A stretch of DNA of 62,938 bases, counting the filler, from Aduncisulcus paluster (Eukaryota): NCBI GenBank assembly GCA_024181965.1. It is 6 parts of 6 records of this genome, joined end to end, with 100 filler letters (N's around TTAATTAATTAA, not from the genome) between each part and the next. Parts side by side here need not be neighbours in the genome. Positions count along the whole stretch, not along the records: positions 41,668 to 50,475 come from BQXS01011087.1; positions 50,576 to 58,412 come from BQXS01011088.1; 4 more parts are not named here. One strand, written 5' to 3'. Shown piece after piece: positions 46,603 to 57,200 of the stretch. The first letter of the stretch is position 1. Each line of letters opens with the position of its first letter. Both the position numbers and the translations under genes were made by a program. Under the pieces are notes generated by a model. It saw only the letters and a list, made by a program, of their open reading frames with translations. It searched no databases and was not told the origin of the DNA.

Positions 46603-49122
46603 ATGATTATTATTATTTCTTCAAGAAATATGGGAAGTTCCCAATGTGTGATTTTGATCACTTCTGGAACCATGGAGGAAGAATCTACTCTTAAAGCTCT
46701 TGTTAGAGAACTTTCTAAGATAAAAGAAGTTGATATTACTCCGACTTTATCGTCAGAGTTATCTCCATTAGAAGTAGCTCATTCTTATCTCACTCCCACT
46801 GTTATGACGAAGCTTCAACCCAAAATAAGTGAATATCAGTTGGCATTAATGGGATCCTCGCTTGGAAATGTTTACTATAATAAGTATGTTAAAGATTCAG
46901 ACTTCCCAGTGATGTCTCCCGAGAAAGAAAAATTAGAGACAGCAAGAAAAGCATTATTGGAGTGTTCCCAGCTCATAAAACTCTTAAAACTATCGTTTTT
47001 AACTGTTGAAATGGGTAAAATGCAATATACATCTTCCAGCAAATCATTGCATGGCTCAGCTCCAGAGGAATATAGTGATGAGTCTGAGGAGGAATCTGAT
47101 AAAGAATCTGATTATAATTACGGTCAAACGATGAAAGAAGATCACAGAATGGATAGCAAAGAGTTTTTCTTGATGGGCGATACTTTTCAAACTCTTCGTC
47201 AAAATCAGTTCATCTATTTATTTCATGCACAAAAGAATACAGGAATGATAATAGCACGTTCAATCGCTCAAAAATACTATCAAACTCAATCTAAAATTCA
47301 CCATTGGGAACGTTCTCGAAGCGTGATAAAAATGATTCAAGATTCTGGATTGTTCGTTTCCGAACATCCTCAATCTCGCCTTTTATCTGTCCATATCAGT
47401 GGGCCCTGGCATGATTTACTTCACGATCAACCACTTAAAGCGATCATTCCATCCTCTTTCTCCTCTGAAGATGCAGAAGAAAGGGCTGTTCGAAGGTTCT
47501 CGTCCGATGTGCGCTCAAACTGTGTTGTTTCACTCTTTTCGTTGTTGTACGATGCAGCAGAGGATGCTGAGGAAGAGGATGATAGTAGTTCTGGAATGAT
47601 AATTGATAAGCGAACCCTAGAATATGAGTTCCATGGTCCTCCCTTTGGAAATGTTAAATGTACCATTAAGCTTGTTGAAGAGACAATGTCTTTGAAAGAA
47701 CTCTCCTTGTCTCCTTCTCCGTTCTATTGTTCACAACATATTGAAGAAGAATCCAAAGAAAAAGTGAAGGAAGAAGAGGAAGAGAGAGGAGAAGGAGAAG
47801 TACGGAACAGGAAGGATGGAATGATTGGACACCATCAAGAAGGTAACCGTGAGAGTCTGCATGATAATGATGATAATGATGATTCAGCAGGAGAAGATAG
47901 CTATGAGTATTCTTCATCATTTTCATCCTCACAACACAAAGTGCATAATCCAACAATTATATCGCATACTCCAGATGAAATTATGCTTTTCCGGCAATCT
48001 AAAGAGAAGGAATTTGTTGAAGAACCAACATTTTATCCTTCTTTGGTCTTGGCTATTACGATGGTTCCACACGGACTTGTCTCCTCCAAAACAGTCGTTT
48101 CACATTTATTGGGTGCTTTATGTGCTTGTTTAAAAGAGAAAAGGAATGTTAATGAGATTAAGGTGATTCTTGTGAGGAGTTTACAGATGATTATGACTCA
48201 TTATCTTGTTCTGAAGTCAGTTATAAATCTTATTCGTCAATTTAAACGTTCTATTGCTGATCAAACTGATAAAAGCTCTCCTTTTCAATCGATAAATATC
48301 TCCATTTTGCAGCATTCTGCCCTTTCTTCAACATTTTCTATCTCAGGAGTTGTTATTCTCATTGATCGTGGACGAGTCACTTTTTATTCCAATCAATTGG
48401 GAGTCAAACCGCATGTTTTTATTTGCGAATCCTCCGAAACATCTGCTTTATCGAAGAAATTTAATTCAATACTCGAGCATTTCATATCAAATAGTACCAT
48501 TCAGCCTGAACTTTCTCAATGGGATAAATCCATCCAAGCTCTGAAGAAATCCAGGGATGATCAACTCATACGCTCTGAAGAACAGGTAACGCAGAAGGAG
48601 CATTATATTGAAGATTTATTAAAGCAAAGGGAGATGCTGATTGCTCAGAGACAACGGCAAATGCAACAACAAATGCAACAACAAATGCAACAACAGCAAC
48701 GACAGATGACAACTCAGCTTGGTCCAACTCAGGTCAGATCACTTGGTGGCTCACAGGTTCTAATGCCTGCTCATTACAGTAGTCAGCCTCCTCAACGTAT
48801 TCAACATACTGCTGCTCGGGTCCCAGTGCAACAACAGTCTTCCCAGGGAGCTGCTGCTGCCATGCATCGACAAACCCATCCAGGTCAACCGATTCCAGCT
48901 TACGGAGGAATGCAATACTCTCCCCAAGGAATGTCGCAACCGACTCGGCCCATGATGTATGGAGTAATGCATCAAGCTCAGCCAAGAGCTCAAATGTTTC
49001 CAGGATATGCAGCCCAACGCCCTCAGCCTGCCTCTCAATACCCAAGCACACAAGGAGGATATCCTCAGCAACATCTTCAGCAAATGCCTCCTCAGTACCA
49101 TCGTTATCAGGGTCAAAAATAA
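46603..49122 (+). CDS. Hypothetical protein with a Gln/Pro/Met-rich C-terminal tail
   Basis: 839-aa ORF with acidic inserts and a ~160-aa Q/P/G/Y/M low-complexity tail. The start is ambiguous (46603, 46630 or 46672). Confidence 0.75.
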   Translation: MIIIISSRNMGSSQCVILITSGTMEEESTLKALVRELSKIKEVDITPTLSSELSPLEVAHSYLTPTVMTKLQPKISEYQLALMGSSLGNVYYNKYVKDSDFPVMSPEKEKLETARKALLECSQLIKLLKLSFLTVEMGKMQYTSSSKSLHGSAPEEYSDESEEESDKESDYNYGQTMKEDHRMDSKEFFLMGDTFQTLRQNQFIYLFHAQKNTGMIIARSIAQKYYQTQSKIHHWERSRSVIKMIQDSGLFVSEHPQSRLLSVHISGPWHDLLHDQPLKAIIPSSFSSEDAEERAVRRFSSDVRSNCVVSLFSLLYDAAEDAEEEDDSSSGMIIDKRTLEYEFHGPPFGNVKCTIKLVEETMSLKELSLSPSPFYCSQHIEEESKEKVKEEEEERGEGEVRNRKDGMIGHHQEGNRESLHDNDDNDDSAGEDSYEYSSSFSSSQHKVHNPTIISHTPDEIMLFRQSKEKEFVEEPTFYPSLVLAITMVPHGLVSSKTVVSHLLGALCACLKEKRNVNEIKVILVRSLQMIMTHYLVLKSVINLIRQFKRSIADQTDKSSPFQSINISILQHSALSSTFSISGVVILIDRGRVTFYSNQLGVKPHVFICESSETSALSKKFNSILEHFISNSTIQPELSQWDKSIQALKKSRDDQLIRSEEQVTQKEHYIEDLLKQREMLIAQRQRQMQQQMQQQMQQQQRQMTTQLGPTQVRSLGGSQVLMPAHYSSQPPQRIQHTAARVPVQQQSSQGAAAAMHRQTHPGQPIPAYGGMQYSPQGMSQPTRPMMYGVMHQAQPRAQMFPGYAAQRPQPASQYPSTQGGYPQQHLQQMPPQYHRYQGQK

Positions 49123-49258
49123 ATTATTTGTAAATTCATTTTATTAAAATAGCATGTATAAATACTAATTTAAGTAAAATGAATCGATTAGGATCAAATC
49201 TATAGCGGATATTACCACGGTACTTGCATTTTAATAAAATATTGACTAATAAAAGTGC

Positions 49259-50475
49259 TCATTTAAGCTCCTTGAAGATGGATGTGCGACGAGAAGAAAA
49301 TTTCCCCGCTTTAGGTGCTAAAGGCTTTTCCAAACTTTTAAACAAATTCTTTTCAAGATCAGCATTAATTTCACCAATGGAAGTATGCTTGGGGTTTCTT
49401 TCACTCTTTCCGATCTTTTGTTGAGCATGGAAAGCATCGTCACGGACAGAACGATAGGATATCACGTCAATGCCAGCGTATGCAACCTTATATTCTCTCT
49501 CCTGAGCCCTTCTTCCTCTTCCGATAACACCGGTCATGTTAAATACTTGGGCAGGCTTTGGGAAGAACGTTAGAAAAGAATCTAGTGCATGAATAGTTTG
49601 TTCAGAAAGAGAACGAGATAACAATGGGACAAATGGACGCCATGATATTGAAGTGGGGAGGATTAAAGAGGAGAAAGAGAGACAATCATGTGTGTATGAT
49701 TTTGAACATGTTGATTCAGAAGATGGTTCTTTCTTCGGCAATTCTAAGGATTCTGATTCACTCTTAACAATAACCTTTGCTTGGTCTTGTTCTTGACATT
49801 GAGATTGAGAAGAAAATCTTCTTTTCCCACATAATCTTTCTCTGTCAACAATGGTCATCACATCGCATAACCACTCGGATTCCCGAAGTTTCTCAAGAAG
49901 CGAATAAGGAGGAATAAACTCACATTCTTCTTTCAAACTGCTGTCCTTGCTCTCTTCTTCTTCTTCTTTCACCGTTTTCCGGCATTCTACACAAGATTCG
50001 AAGAATTCTTTCTCATCTTCTTCGTTAGAGATAAAAATACTCTCAAGAAAAGAGAAGAATGAGACCGGAAATAATTCTTTTGGTGGAGGACTTGGAAGAG
50101 AAAACATCCTTTTTTTTGCTTGGGGAATTGAACGATCTTTATCGGCATCTCTTTGGTACATTCCAAACAATCCAAGCAAGATTCCACACGACTTATCTCC
50201 TGACTGAGGTTTCTTTGTCAAGACTGCGGCAGTGGAGGAGCTTGGGGAGGAAGGGAGTGACTGGAAGGATGGAACAGAGGGGACCAGGGTTGCACCGCTG
50301 GGGATTTGTTCAATTTGCTTCTCCTTTTTTAACTCAATTGCCAGTTTTTCCTGTTGGGAATGCCATGATTCTCTATAATAACGACATACAAACATCCCAA
50401 CAGCGCTGACTATACAAGGCGAAGGAAATAGCAACGGGGCCTCATTTGAGGTTAGAATTGGGAAAATATTGAGGG
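49259..50475 (-). CDS. Hypothetical protein, 5'-partial
   Basis: Frame open to the contig end. No recognised domain. Confidence 0.7.
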
Positions 50476-50575
50476 NNNNNNNNNNNNNNNNNNNNNNNNN
50501 NNNNNNNNNNNNNNNNNNNTTAATTAATTAANNNNNNNNNNNNNNNNNNNNNNNNNNNNNNNNNNNNNNNNNNNN
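50476..50575. other. Artificial contig linker
   Basis: N44-TTAATTAATTAA-N44. Confidence 0.99.
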
Positions 50576-51126
50576 GAATGAAATGGGAGGAGGAAATGTC
50601 ATGTTCCATGAAGCATCAGGGGATCAGATTCGTAGCAGTATACAGACATATGTATACCATCATATTCCGAGTTCTTGATATTTTTGATTGTAAGCAAAAG
50701 CAAGTGAAAATGAACGCAAGGATAAGGATAGAAATGAAATGGAAATATATCCATGTTATTGAATAGCATTGAAATCGTTCATAAATGTTCTTAACACGTG
50801 AAATGGAACTATATCCAGTCCTGAGGGTTCTCCAAAAGCCTGAGATATCGAGAATAAACACCATGGCATGGAAATGAAAATAAAACATGTTTTTATCATT
50901 TACCAGCATTTAACTCGTTTATATGTGTTTTTATAATTTTCCAATCTTATCTATTGAAGGGTTGCTTGTTCAGTCCATTTTTTCGATTTCTTGACAAACA
51001 AGCAAATTGTATGTTTACTATATGTTGCGTCTTTTATTAGATGTATATTAAGAAATATTTTAACCGGATTCATTCATTATTCTGCTCGTATTTATTTTTT
51101 AGGTAAGAAATTCTATCTCTATTCAA

Positions 51127-52401
51127 ATGAGTTCATCCACAGATGCTGTTATTCAAAATGTGGAACCTGAGTTTGTTCATGAAGGATATTACGATTGTTG
51201 TCCAATTCCTGGAGATTCCCCCAATATTAAGAGTGCAGAATTTCCAACTATCAGAGCCATTAATGAAACCAAGGAAAAAGGTGATGAAGAGTACGATCAG
51301 AGTTCTAATGCACAAGATATGATGAAAGGAGGGTTTAATTATGGATTTTTTACTCATATCACTATTCCTTTCTCTTTATCTTCCCCAATGAAAGGGGCTT
51401 ATATCTGTATATCAAGCTCTTGTTCACCTCCATCACACCTTATTTTCACTCTCACATCTTCAAAGGGTGATAAAACGTCAAAGAAATACGAATTTCCTGG
51501 CTTTAGACGTAAACATTGGTATTTCCTTCCTGTTGATCTCCCTGATGTTGTTTTGTGTGAGATTACAGGGAAAGGAAGAGTGGAAGAGTATTTTAAAATC
51601 GAATCCCTTGTTTTCATTAGAGATGAAACTCCTGAAGAAATCAAATCGCGTGAAGCCAGAGAGAAATTATTGTCTGAAGCTCCAGTTGTGAAACCAGAGT
51701 TTGTTAAGGAAGGAGATTATGCATCTGAAGGTAGAGATTCTATTCCCATTCCACGAGATGATCCAAAGCTTGTAGCTCCTTCGTTTTCAATTGTTAAGTG
51801 CAAGAATGATTCGGTGAGTAAGGAATCTAAGGAGTATGATAAGAGTTCAGATGCACAAAAAATGTTAAAAGGGGAAGATAGTGTTGAATTATCCCATCTT
51901 TCCATTCCTTTCCCATCACCTAGTCCTATGAAAGGTGCTTATATCTGTGTGGATGATTTTAATAGTTCACCCTCTCTTCTCTTCATTTTCACTGATTGTG
52001 ATGGTAAGAAGACATCCAAGAAGTATGAATTCACAGAACCTGAACATAAATATGAATGGCACTTCCTTCCTATTGATTTGGATAATGTTGTATTGTGTGA
52101 GATTGAAGGGAAAGGAACGTGGTGGGTGTGTAATAAGAATAGTCGATGTTTCTGCATCTACTCCCTTGTATTTACTATGCCAGAGGAAACCATTGCAGCT
52201 GAACGATTATCGTTACTTCCATGGAAACTTGGAAACCTTTCAGAACAGAGTTCTAACTTAGTGTTTGACAAACAACCTAAAATAATTTTAGTAAAATTGG
52301 AAAAAGAAGGATATCTTCAGAACATAAGTAAAACATTAAGTAAAACAAATAGCGACCTATCCCGGGGGTCCGCTATCGGTTGGCTTAGTTGGGTGATGTG
52401 A
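51127..52401 (+). CDS. Repeat-module family gene (two modules), C-terminus extended by an insertion
   Basis: Two full modules. After ERLSLLPWK the frame runs 57 codons into inserted DNA. A probable 5'-UTR intron lies at 51009-51102 (GTATGT..TTTAG). Confidence 0.88.
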   Translation: MSSSTDAVIQNVEPEFVHEGYYDCCPIPGDSPNIKSAEFPTIRAINETKEKGDEEYDQSSNAQDMMKGGFNYGFFTHITIPFSLSSPMKGAYICISSSCSPPSHLIFTLTSSKGDKTSKKYEFPGFRRKHWYFLPVDLPDVVLCEITGKGRVEEYFKIESLVFIRDETPEEIKSREAREKLLSEAPVVKPEFVKEGDYASEGRDSIPIPRDDPKLVAPSFSIVKCKNDSVSKESKEYDKSSDAQKMLKGEDSVELSHLSIPFPSPSPMKGAYICVDDFNSSPSLLFIFTDCDGKKTSKKYEFTEPEHKYEWHFLPIDLDNVVLCEIEGKGTWWVCNKNSRCFCIYSLVFTMPEETIAAERLSLLPWKLGNLSEQSSNLVFDKQPKIILVKLEKEGYLQNISKTLSKTNSDLSRGSAIGWLSWVM

Positions 52402-52470
52402 TGGTAACCGGCATTCCCCGGCTGTACCGGCCACTACCTCCTTGAACGATTATCTTTACTTCCATGGAAA
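52200..52470. mobile_element. 215-bp insertion (52228-52442) between 28-bp direct repeats
   Basis: TGAACGATTATC(G/T)TTACTTCCATGGAAA at 52200-52227 and 52443-52470, one mismatch. The second copy is followed by TAA, the presumed original stop. Element class unknown. Confidence 0.6.
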
Positions 52471-52814
52471 TAACATTTATCTTCAAAATTCTGTAGAACG
52501 ACACAAATAAAATTTCTTGATTATTAACCCCAAAAACCTCTTGAAGCTGAATAAGCTTGCTGATATTTAAATTTTTTTCACAGATTTCACAAAATTAAAT
52601 GTCTATTTTTAGAATATTTGATAAAAAATGTGAGGATTTTCCACATTCTATTATTGCTCAAAGATGATGTGTTCATGTGTTCACTGAACTGGGCAGTTTC
52701 GACGAATCAATCAACCACCAGAGATAGAAATAACAGATCTATTTCAGTGTAGAACTTCTACATCATTGAATGATACATAATGTTAGAAAAAGAAAGAAAT
52801 CATGTTCCACCTTC

Positions 52815-53678
52815 TCAATTATTAGAATTTATAGGTATCTTCTCTTCGATTATTCCATCATTTTTTTGATGAATGTATTCAGAATATGCTTGAATAGTCG
52901 ATATGATATTGAAAAAAAATACTGCAGTCAAAACAAAACAAGATACCAATGCACTGCCTCCCACAGAACTAAAACATTCGAATTCAATTGGATTTGAATG
53001 GATTTTCCACAACTGTCCAACAGTAGCCCATATCAAAATTAATGGAATAATCATATCGTTGAACAAAAGAGAAATTAAACACCCGATCGAGATTCCAAGA
53101 CCTTGACTGATCGAAGATACGGTACATAGTTGATTTTCAAAAATCGATTGCGTATATCTCATGGAAATGAGAAGGTTTAGAGTAGAACAGAACAAACTCA
53201 TTCCCAAATAGGACGAGAGGAAAATACCATGCGAAAGAAATGTAATTGGTCGATATGATTTGTTAATTCCGGATTTCCACCCAGTTTTGGAGAGATATAA
53301 AGCGAAAGTGAGAAGAATTGAAATAAAAATAACCGAAATCGATGAATTGAAATTACTCTCACAAAATTGTTTGATCCAAACATAAGAGAGCCAATATGAA
53401 GCAATAAGACATAGATTAATCATGTATCGCCTAGGAACACTGTCGTGTAGTATCTTCATACTTAAAATCAATTGAAAAATTCCAAAGATGATTCCAATCG
53501 AAAATATACCAATCCAAACATAGAAGAAATAAGAGGGAGTCAGAGGAACAGTATAATATGAACTTTTTGAGAGCAGTTCCGATCGAAGGAACATAGTTAG
53601 GGCAGGAACGATAATACATGTAACAAAGAAAGACAATTCAACAACAATTGACGTTATTGAACGAGTTTTAGGCGACAT
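52815..53678 (-). CDS. Multi-pass membrane protein, TspO/MBR-related (tentative)
   Basis: About 8 TM segments, with LTPSYFFYVWIGIF, SSYLG and LILIWATVG resembling extended tryptophan-rich sensory-type proteins. Start uncertain. Confidence 0.55.
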   Translation of the reverse strand: MSPKTRSITSIVVELSFFVTCIIVPALTMFLRSELLSKSSYYTVPLTPSYFFYVWIGIFSIGIIFGIFQLILSMKILHDSVPRRYMINLCLIASYWLSYVWIKQFCESNFNSSISVIFISILLTFALYLSKTGWKSGINKSYRPITFLSHGIFLSSYLGMSLFCSTLNLLISMRYTQSIFENQLCTVSSISQGLGISIGCLISLLFNDMIIPLILIWATVGQLWKIHSNPIEFECFSSVGGSALVSCFVLTAVFFFNIISTIQAYSEYIHQKNDGIIEEKIPINSNN

Positions 53679-53931
53679 AATGTGAAAAAGTTTTCCAAAA
53701 AGAGGCGAATTCAAAAGAATCGGATGACATGTCATTGGAAATGGAATGCAGCCCAGTGACAATTTTGTTGAATAATTCACGTTATTATAACAAAATATCA
53801 AAGAAACATCGATATTATCAGTTATATAAGATATAAAACTCGATATCCTCAAAAATAATTGGTATTATCAACTCAAGTTCAGAAAATTATCACTAAACAA
53901 GGATTATACAAGTTGTATACAGCAAAAAACA

Positions 53932-54234
53932 ATGTCTGAAAGTGAAAAATCAAAGATAGAAGAAAAAAATCCCTCCAAGAAGACCCAAACAGATTCAGTT
54001 CCAATCCCACCTGAAGAAAGAAAAATCACTCGGAAGGTATCTCCTCCAACGCCTGAAAAATCATTGGGAAAAGTTTTCTGTGAATCTGCATCAACTGTTG
54101 GAAAGAAAGTAGTGTCATCTTCGAAAGAATTTTGCAGGAAACACAAAGTTAAAGAGAAATCGAAAAGAGCCTGGACAAAAACAAAAGATACAACAAAAGA
54201 AACTGCAAAAAAGGTAAAACATAAAGTCTTCTAA
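53932..54234 (+). CDS. Small basic hypothetical protein (100 aa)
   Basis: ATG-initiated Lys/Glu/Thr-rich ORF, divergent from the previous gene. Confidence 0.55.
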   Translation: MSESEKSKIEEKNPSKKTQTDSVPIPPEERKITRKVSPPTPEKSLGKVFCESASTVGKKVVSSSKEFCRKHKVKEKSKRAWTKTKDTTKETAKKVKHKVF

Positions 54235-54552
54235 TAATTTTCATGTTAATTAGCTACGATTATATCTATGAAGAACGGATAGAGCCGGGCCTTCATTATC
54301 CACCAAAATATTGATAAATGTCACATATAATGCAATAAAATAGATGCAATATAACCTTGAACATTTATAACGTCACCTAAGAATATTGTAAAACGTCATA
54401 TTTAATCAAATCGATTTTGATTAATTTGAAGATATGAACTTTGCCCCACAGCCAGAAAATCGTCGCCAAATCCATCGATGTTTCTTCCTCCGATTATTCC
54501 ATTTGTGTGACAGTACTTATCATTTTTACTATTCTTACAATAATTTGATTCT

Positions 54553-54996
54553 ATGTTATCTCAATTATCAATTTCAACTATTCCTTCCCTTCGGACAATT
54601 ATTACAACTCCCAAATCGGTTTCTGAAGTGAAAAAAATATTCAAATCGTATGGATTGGAGAAAGAATTGGCTTTATTACCTCAAGATCCGTCTGAAACGC
54701 CTGAGACCAAAACTTCTGGTGCGTCAAAAGTCGGAGAACCTTTAATTATTGATTTCTTTGCTCCATGGTGTGGTCCTTGTGGTCAATTATCCGAAGATTT
54801 TCATAATAATTTTGAAAAAGATCCCTCAGTTCATATTTTAAAGCTTAATGTCGATGAGAAGGGATTTCAACCGATTGCTTACCGTATGGGTGTTAGAAAT
54901 ATTCCACATTTAAAATTTGTTAAAGATGGAACTGTTCAAAGTGCGATTTCTGGGTACGATGAAAGTATTATCAGAAGAGTTAAAGAGTTTTTCTAA
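54553..54996 (+). CDS. Thioredoxin with an N-terminal extension
   Basis: IIDFFAPWCGPC, LKLNVDE and GVRNIP (cis-Pro loop). Confidence 0.93.
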   Translation: MLSQLSISTIPSLRTIITTPKSVSEVKKIFKSYGLEKELALLPQDPSETPETKTSGASKVGEPLIIDFFAPWCGPCGQLSEDFHNNFEKDPSVHILKLNVDEKGFQPIAYRMGVRNIPHLKFVKDGTVQSAISGYDESIIRRVKEFF

Positions 54997-55338
54997 ATCT
55001 CACAATAACAAAGTTACCAACTAACAACAAAAACTGTTTTTATCGGGTTCTTTAATCAACCGATTGTATCTATTCACTATTCGAACAGAAATCAAAACAC
55101 AAACTTTAATTTTCTTTTGAATTTTTTTTTTTTTTTTTTTGTTTATTTTACTCGACCAAGAGTGTTTACAAACAATCAATGATATAAAAATAATCAATTT
55201 AATGGCATATGGATCATCAATTTCTTTAGATCCATTACTTTTTAACGGCAAAAGAATATACGTTTTATATAGGGAAATGGAAAAATCAGTTTGTCAGTGC
55301 CAAAAAAATAGAAATATCGAAAATATAAAAGCAAATTA

Positions 55339-55370
<32 letters not shown>

Positions 55371-55703
55371 TAAATATAAAGATATAAATTAAAAATAGAT
55401 ATAGATTCTATACAAAGTGGCACAAATCTAAACAATTTCAATGATAACAAAGTTTGGTATAAGTTATATAACAACAATAAACAGTAATGCACTGTTTAAC
55501 ACTGTTTATATCTAACAAACAACTTGAACAACTTTATATCATTTCATTTCATGGCAATATCTATTGCCAATATAGAATAATGATTATTTAATAATCAAAT
55601 AAAGAATAATGTTGAATAGAAAACGAGATAAATAATCTATGTTGTTTTTGTGGCAGTTCATGAACAAGCACAAGAATCCAAAAACTTTCCTCACGAAAAG
55701 AGA

Positions 55704-55752
55704 GAAGAAGAAGAAGAAGAAGAAGAAGAAGAAGAAGAAGAAGAAGAAGAAG

Positions 55753-55781
<29 letters not shown>
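55704..55781 (+). repeat. (GAA)26 microsatellite
   Basis: Perfect trinucleotide run in a ~1-kb AT-rich spacer that also holds an (AAT)n run near 55339-55367. Confidence 0.95.
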
Positions 55782-55783
<2 letters not shown>

Positions 55784-55990
55784 TGCATAAAAAAAATGAC
55801 ATCAATATATATAAAAATAAATAGTAATGAATAATTTCCAAAAAGAATTACAAATAAAGAAATGGAGAAACAACAACAATAAATATAATAAATATAATAA
55901 TAATAAATAAGACAAAGGAAAGGAAGACAAAGGACAAAGGATAGGAAGTAAATATAATTCATGAGAGAAATTACTATACTAAAAAGAAAG

Positions 55991-56045
55991 TTCTCGAATC
56001 ATTCTCGAATCATCATCAAATCATTCTCGAATCATTCTCGAATCA
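55991..56045 (+). repeat. Four copies of the 11-mer TTCTCGAATCA (2+2)
   Basis: Directly visible, immediately beyond the stop of the 56050 gene. Confidence 0.85.
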
Positions 56046-56049
56046 ATAA

Positions 56050-56934
56050 TCAAGGAGAGCACCTTATAGGTTTCATCTGAATGATATCTGTAATGGATTC
56101 TTCGCCTTCAGAATGCCAAATGGCTTTTATGTAAGCAAATACAGATTCTTTACCAAACAGATCATCATATACAGCATTATCTTCTTTTGCAGCCAATCTT
56201 TGATGTAAAAGAACAATTATTGGGATACCACAGTTGAATTCAATGAGGGAATCAATGATTGTCGCTGTGAAAGTTGTTTGACGTATTCCTGATAAGAAAA
56301 GACTCATTTCAAAGACGCCTTCAACGGCTACACCCAATAAAAAGCATTTAAGGATGTCTTTTCCTCTAATACCCGCAAGAGCAAGGACGGCAAAGCCAGC
56401 CGTGGCCAAAAATATCATGGGACCTCGATTCATGTCTCTAGAAATTGAATTCGTGGGCTCTGGCCACCTTTGAGCCGAATAAAAGGCTGGAGTAGCTTGA
56501 ACAACCATAAAAACAAAGAACCAAAACATGAATATTCCTTTACCTTGGTTATTATTGCCCTTTTTGTGAAACATAGCATCAAGACCCATAATAACAATGG
56601 CGGGATGAATAACTCCGGGGGTAAGGGATATCCAGATTTCAGCAAGTGCAGGATGGATCCCAGACATGTCAATACTCCTCAAACCAGCGACTTCATACCA
56701 CATGACATAATCAACGAAATAATAGAGAAGAAACCCAAAGAACCCTATTTTGATCGCATGAAGATGCATAGGACAGAAATTCTTGGAAGATCCATTCTCT
56801 TTTTTCTTTCTTTGAGATTCTTTAAGGGCAAGTAAACTCATGGGGATGAGCCACAAAAGAACGAAAAAACCAATATCCACGAGTGGAAATTGCAATGAAA
56901 ATGATCTTCCAACAGTGTTATTATCTGAACCCAT
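56050..56934 (-). CDS. Hypothetical multi-pass membrane protein (~294 aa, ~7 TM)
   Basis: ATG-initiated ORF with repeated hydrophobic segments. Confidence 0.75.
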   Translation of the reverse strand: MGSDNNTVGRSFSLQFPLVDIGFFVLLWLIPMSLLALKESQRKKKENGSSKNFCPMHLHAIKIGFFGFLLYYFVDYVMWYEVAGLRSIDMSGIHPALAEIWISLTPGVIHPAIVIMGLDAMFHKKGNNNQGKGIFMFWFFVFMVVQATPAFYSAQRWPEPTNSISRDMNRGPMIFLATAGFAVLALAGIRGKDILKCFLLGVAVEGVFEMSLFLSGIRQTTFTATIIDSLIEFNCGIPIIVLLHQRLAAKEDNAVYDDLFGKESVFAYIKAIWHSEGEESITDIIQMKPIRCSP

Positions 56935-57200
56935 TGCAAGTATGCAGGAAAGCGATGTCTTTTTCAACAAGAGCTCAAATCATGAGTCATTCAATTGTTT
57001 AGGATATAAAATATATCTTAATGAGCATGAAAAGAATAATTTATTTTTTACATTATGCATTATTCGGCTAAATACAGGCCAAAAAATAAACCTCGATGAT
57101 TCCCTTCATTATGAGGGTCAATTTTTTCAGAAAATATAAAATAAATTAATATAGCCGATAAATTAAATAATTTGATGAATAAAAATGGCTCGTTTCAACA

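Noticed and set aside
50577-50678. Possible 3' end of a gene at the contig start (NEMGGGNVMF...HHIPSS*)
   Set aside because: Only 33 codons with no recognisable motif, which is too little to support.
52403-52443. GGTAACCG...ACCTCCTT resembling a 16S 3' end, or an HDV/twister ribozyme
   Set aside because: The helix-45 loop and GATC are missing, and the required ribozyme pairings cannot be built on either strand.
55584-55962. Poly-Phe, poly-Leu and poly-Lys ORFs
   Set aside because: They are translations of the (GAA)26 microsatellite in an AT-rich spacer.
55991-56045. TTCTCGAA repeats as a heat-shock element or mini CRISPR
   Set aside because: GAA-to-TTC spacing is 3 nt rather than 2, the site is 3' of a gene, and there are no unique spacers or cas genes.
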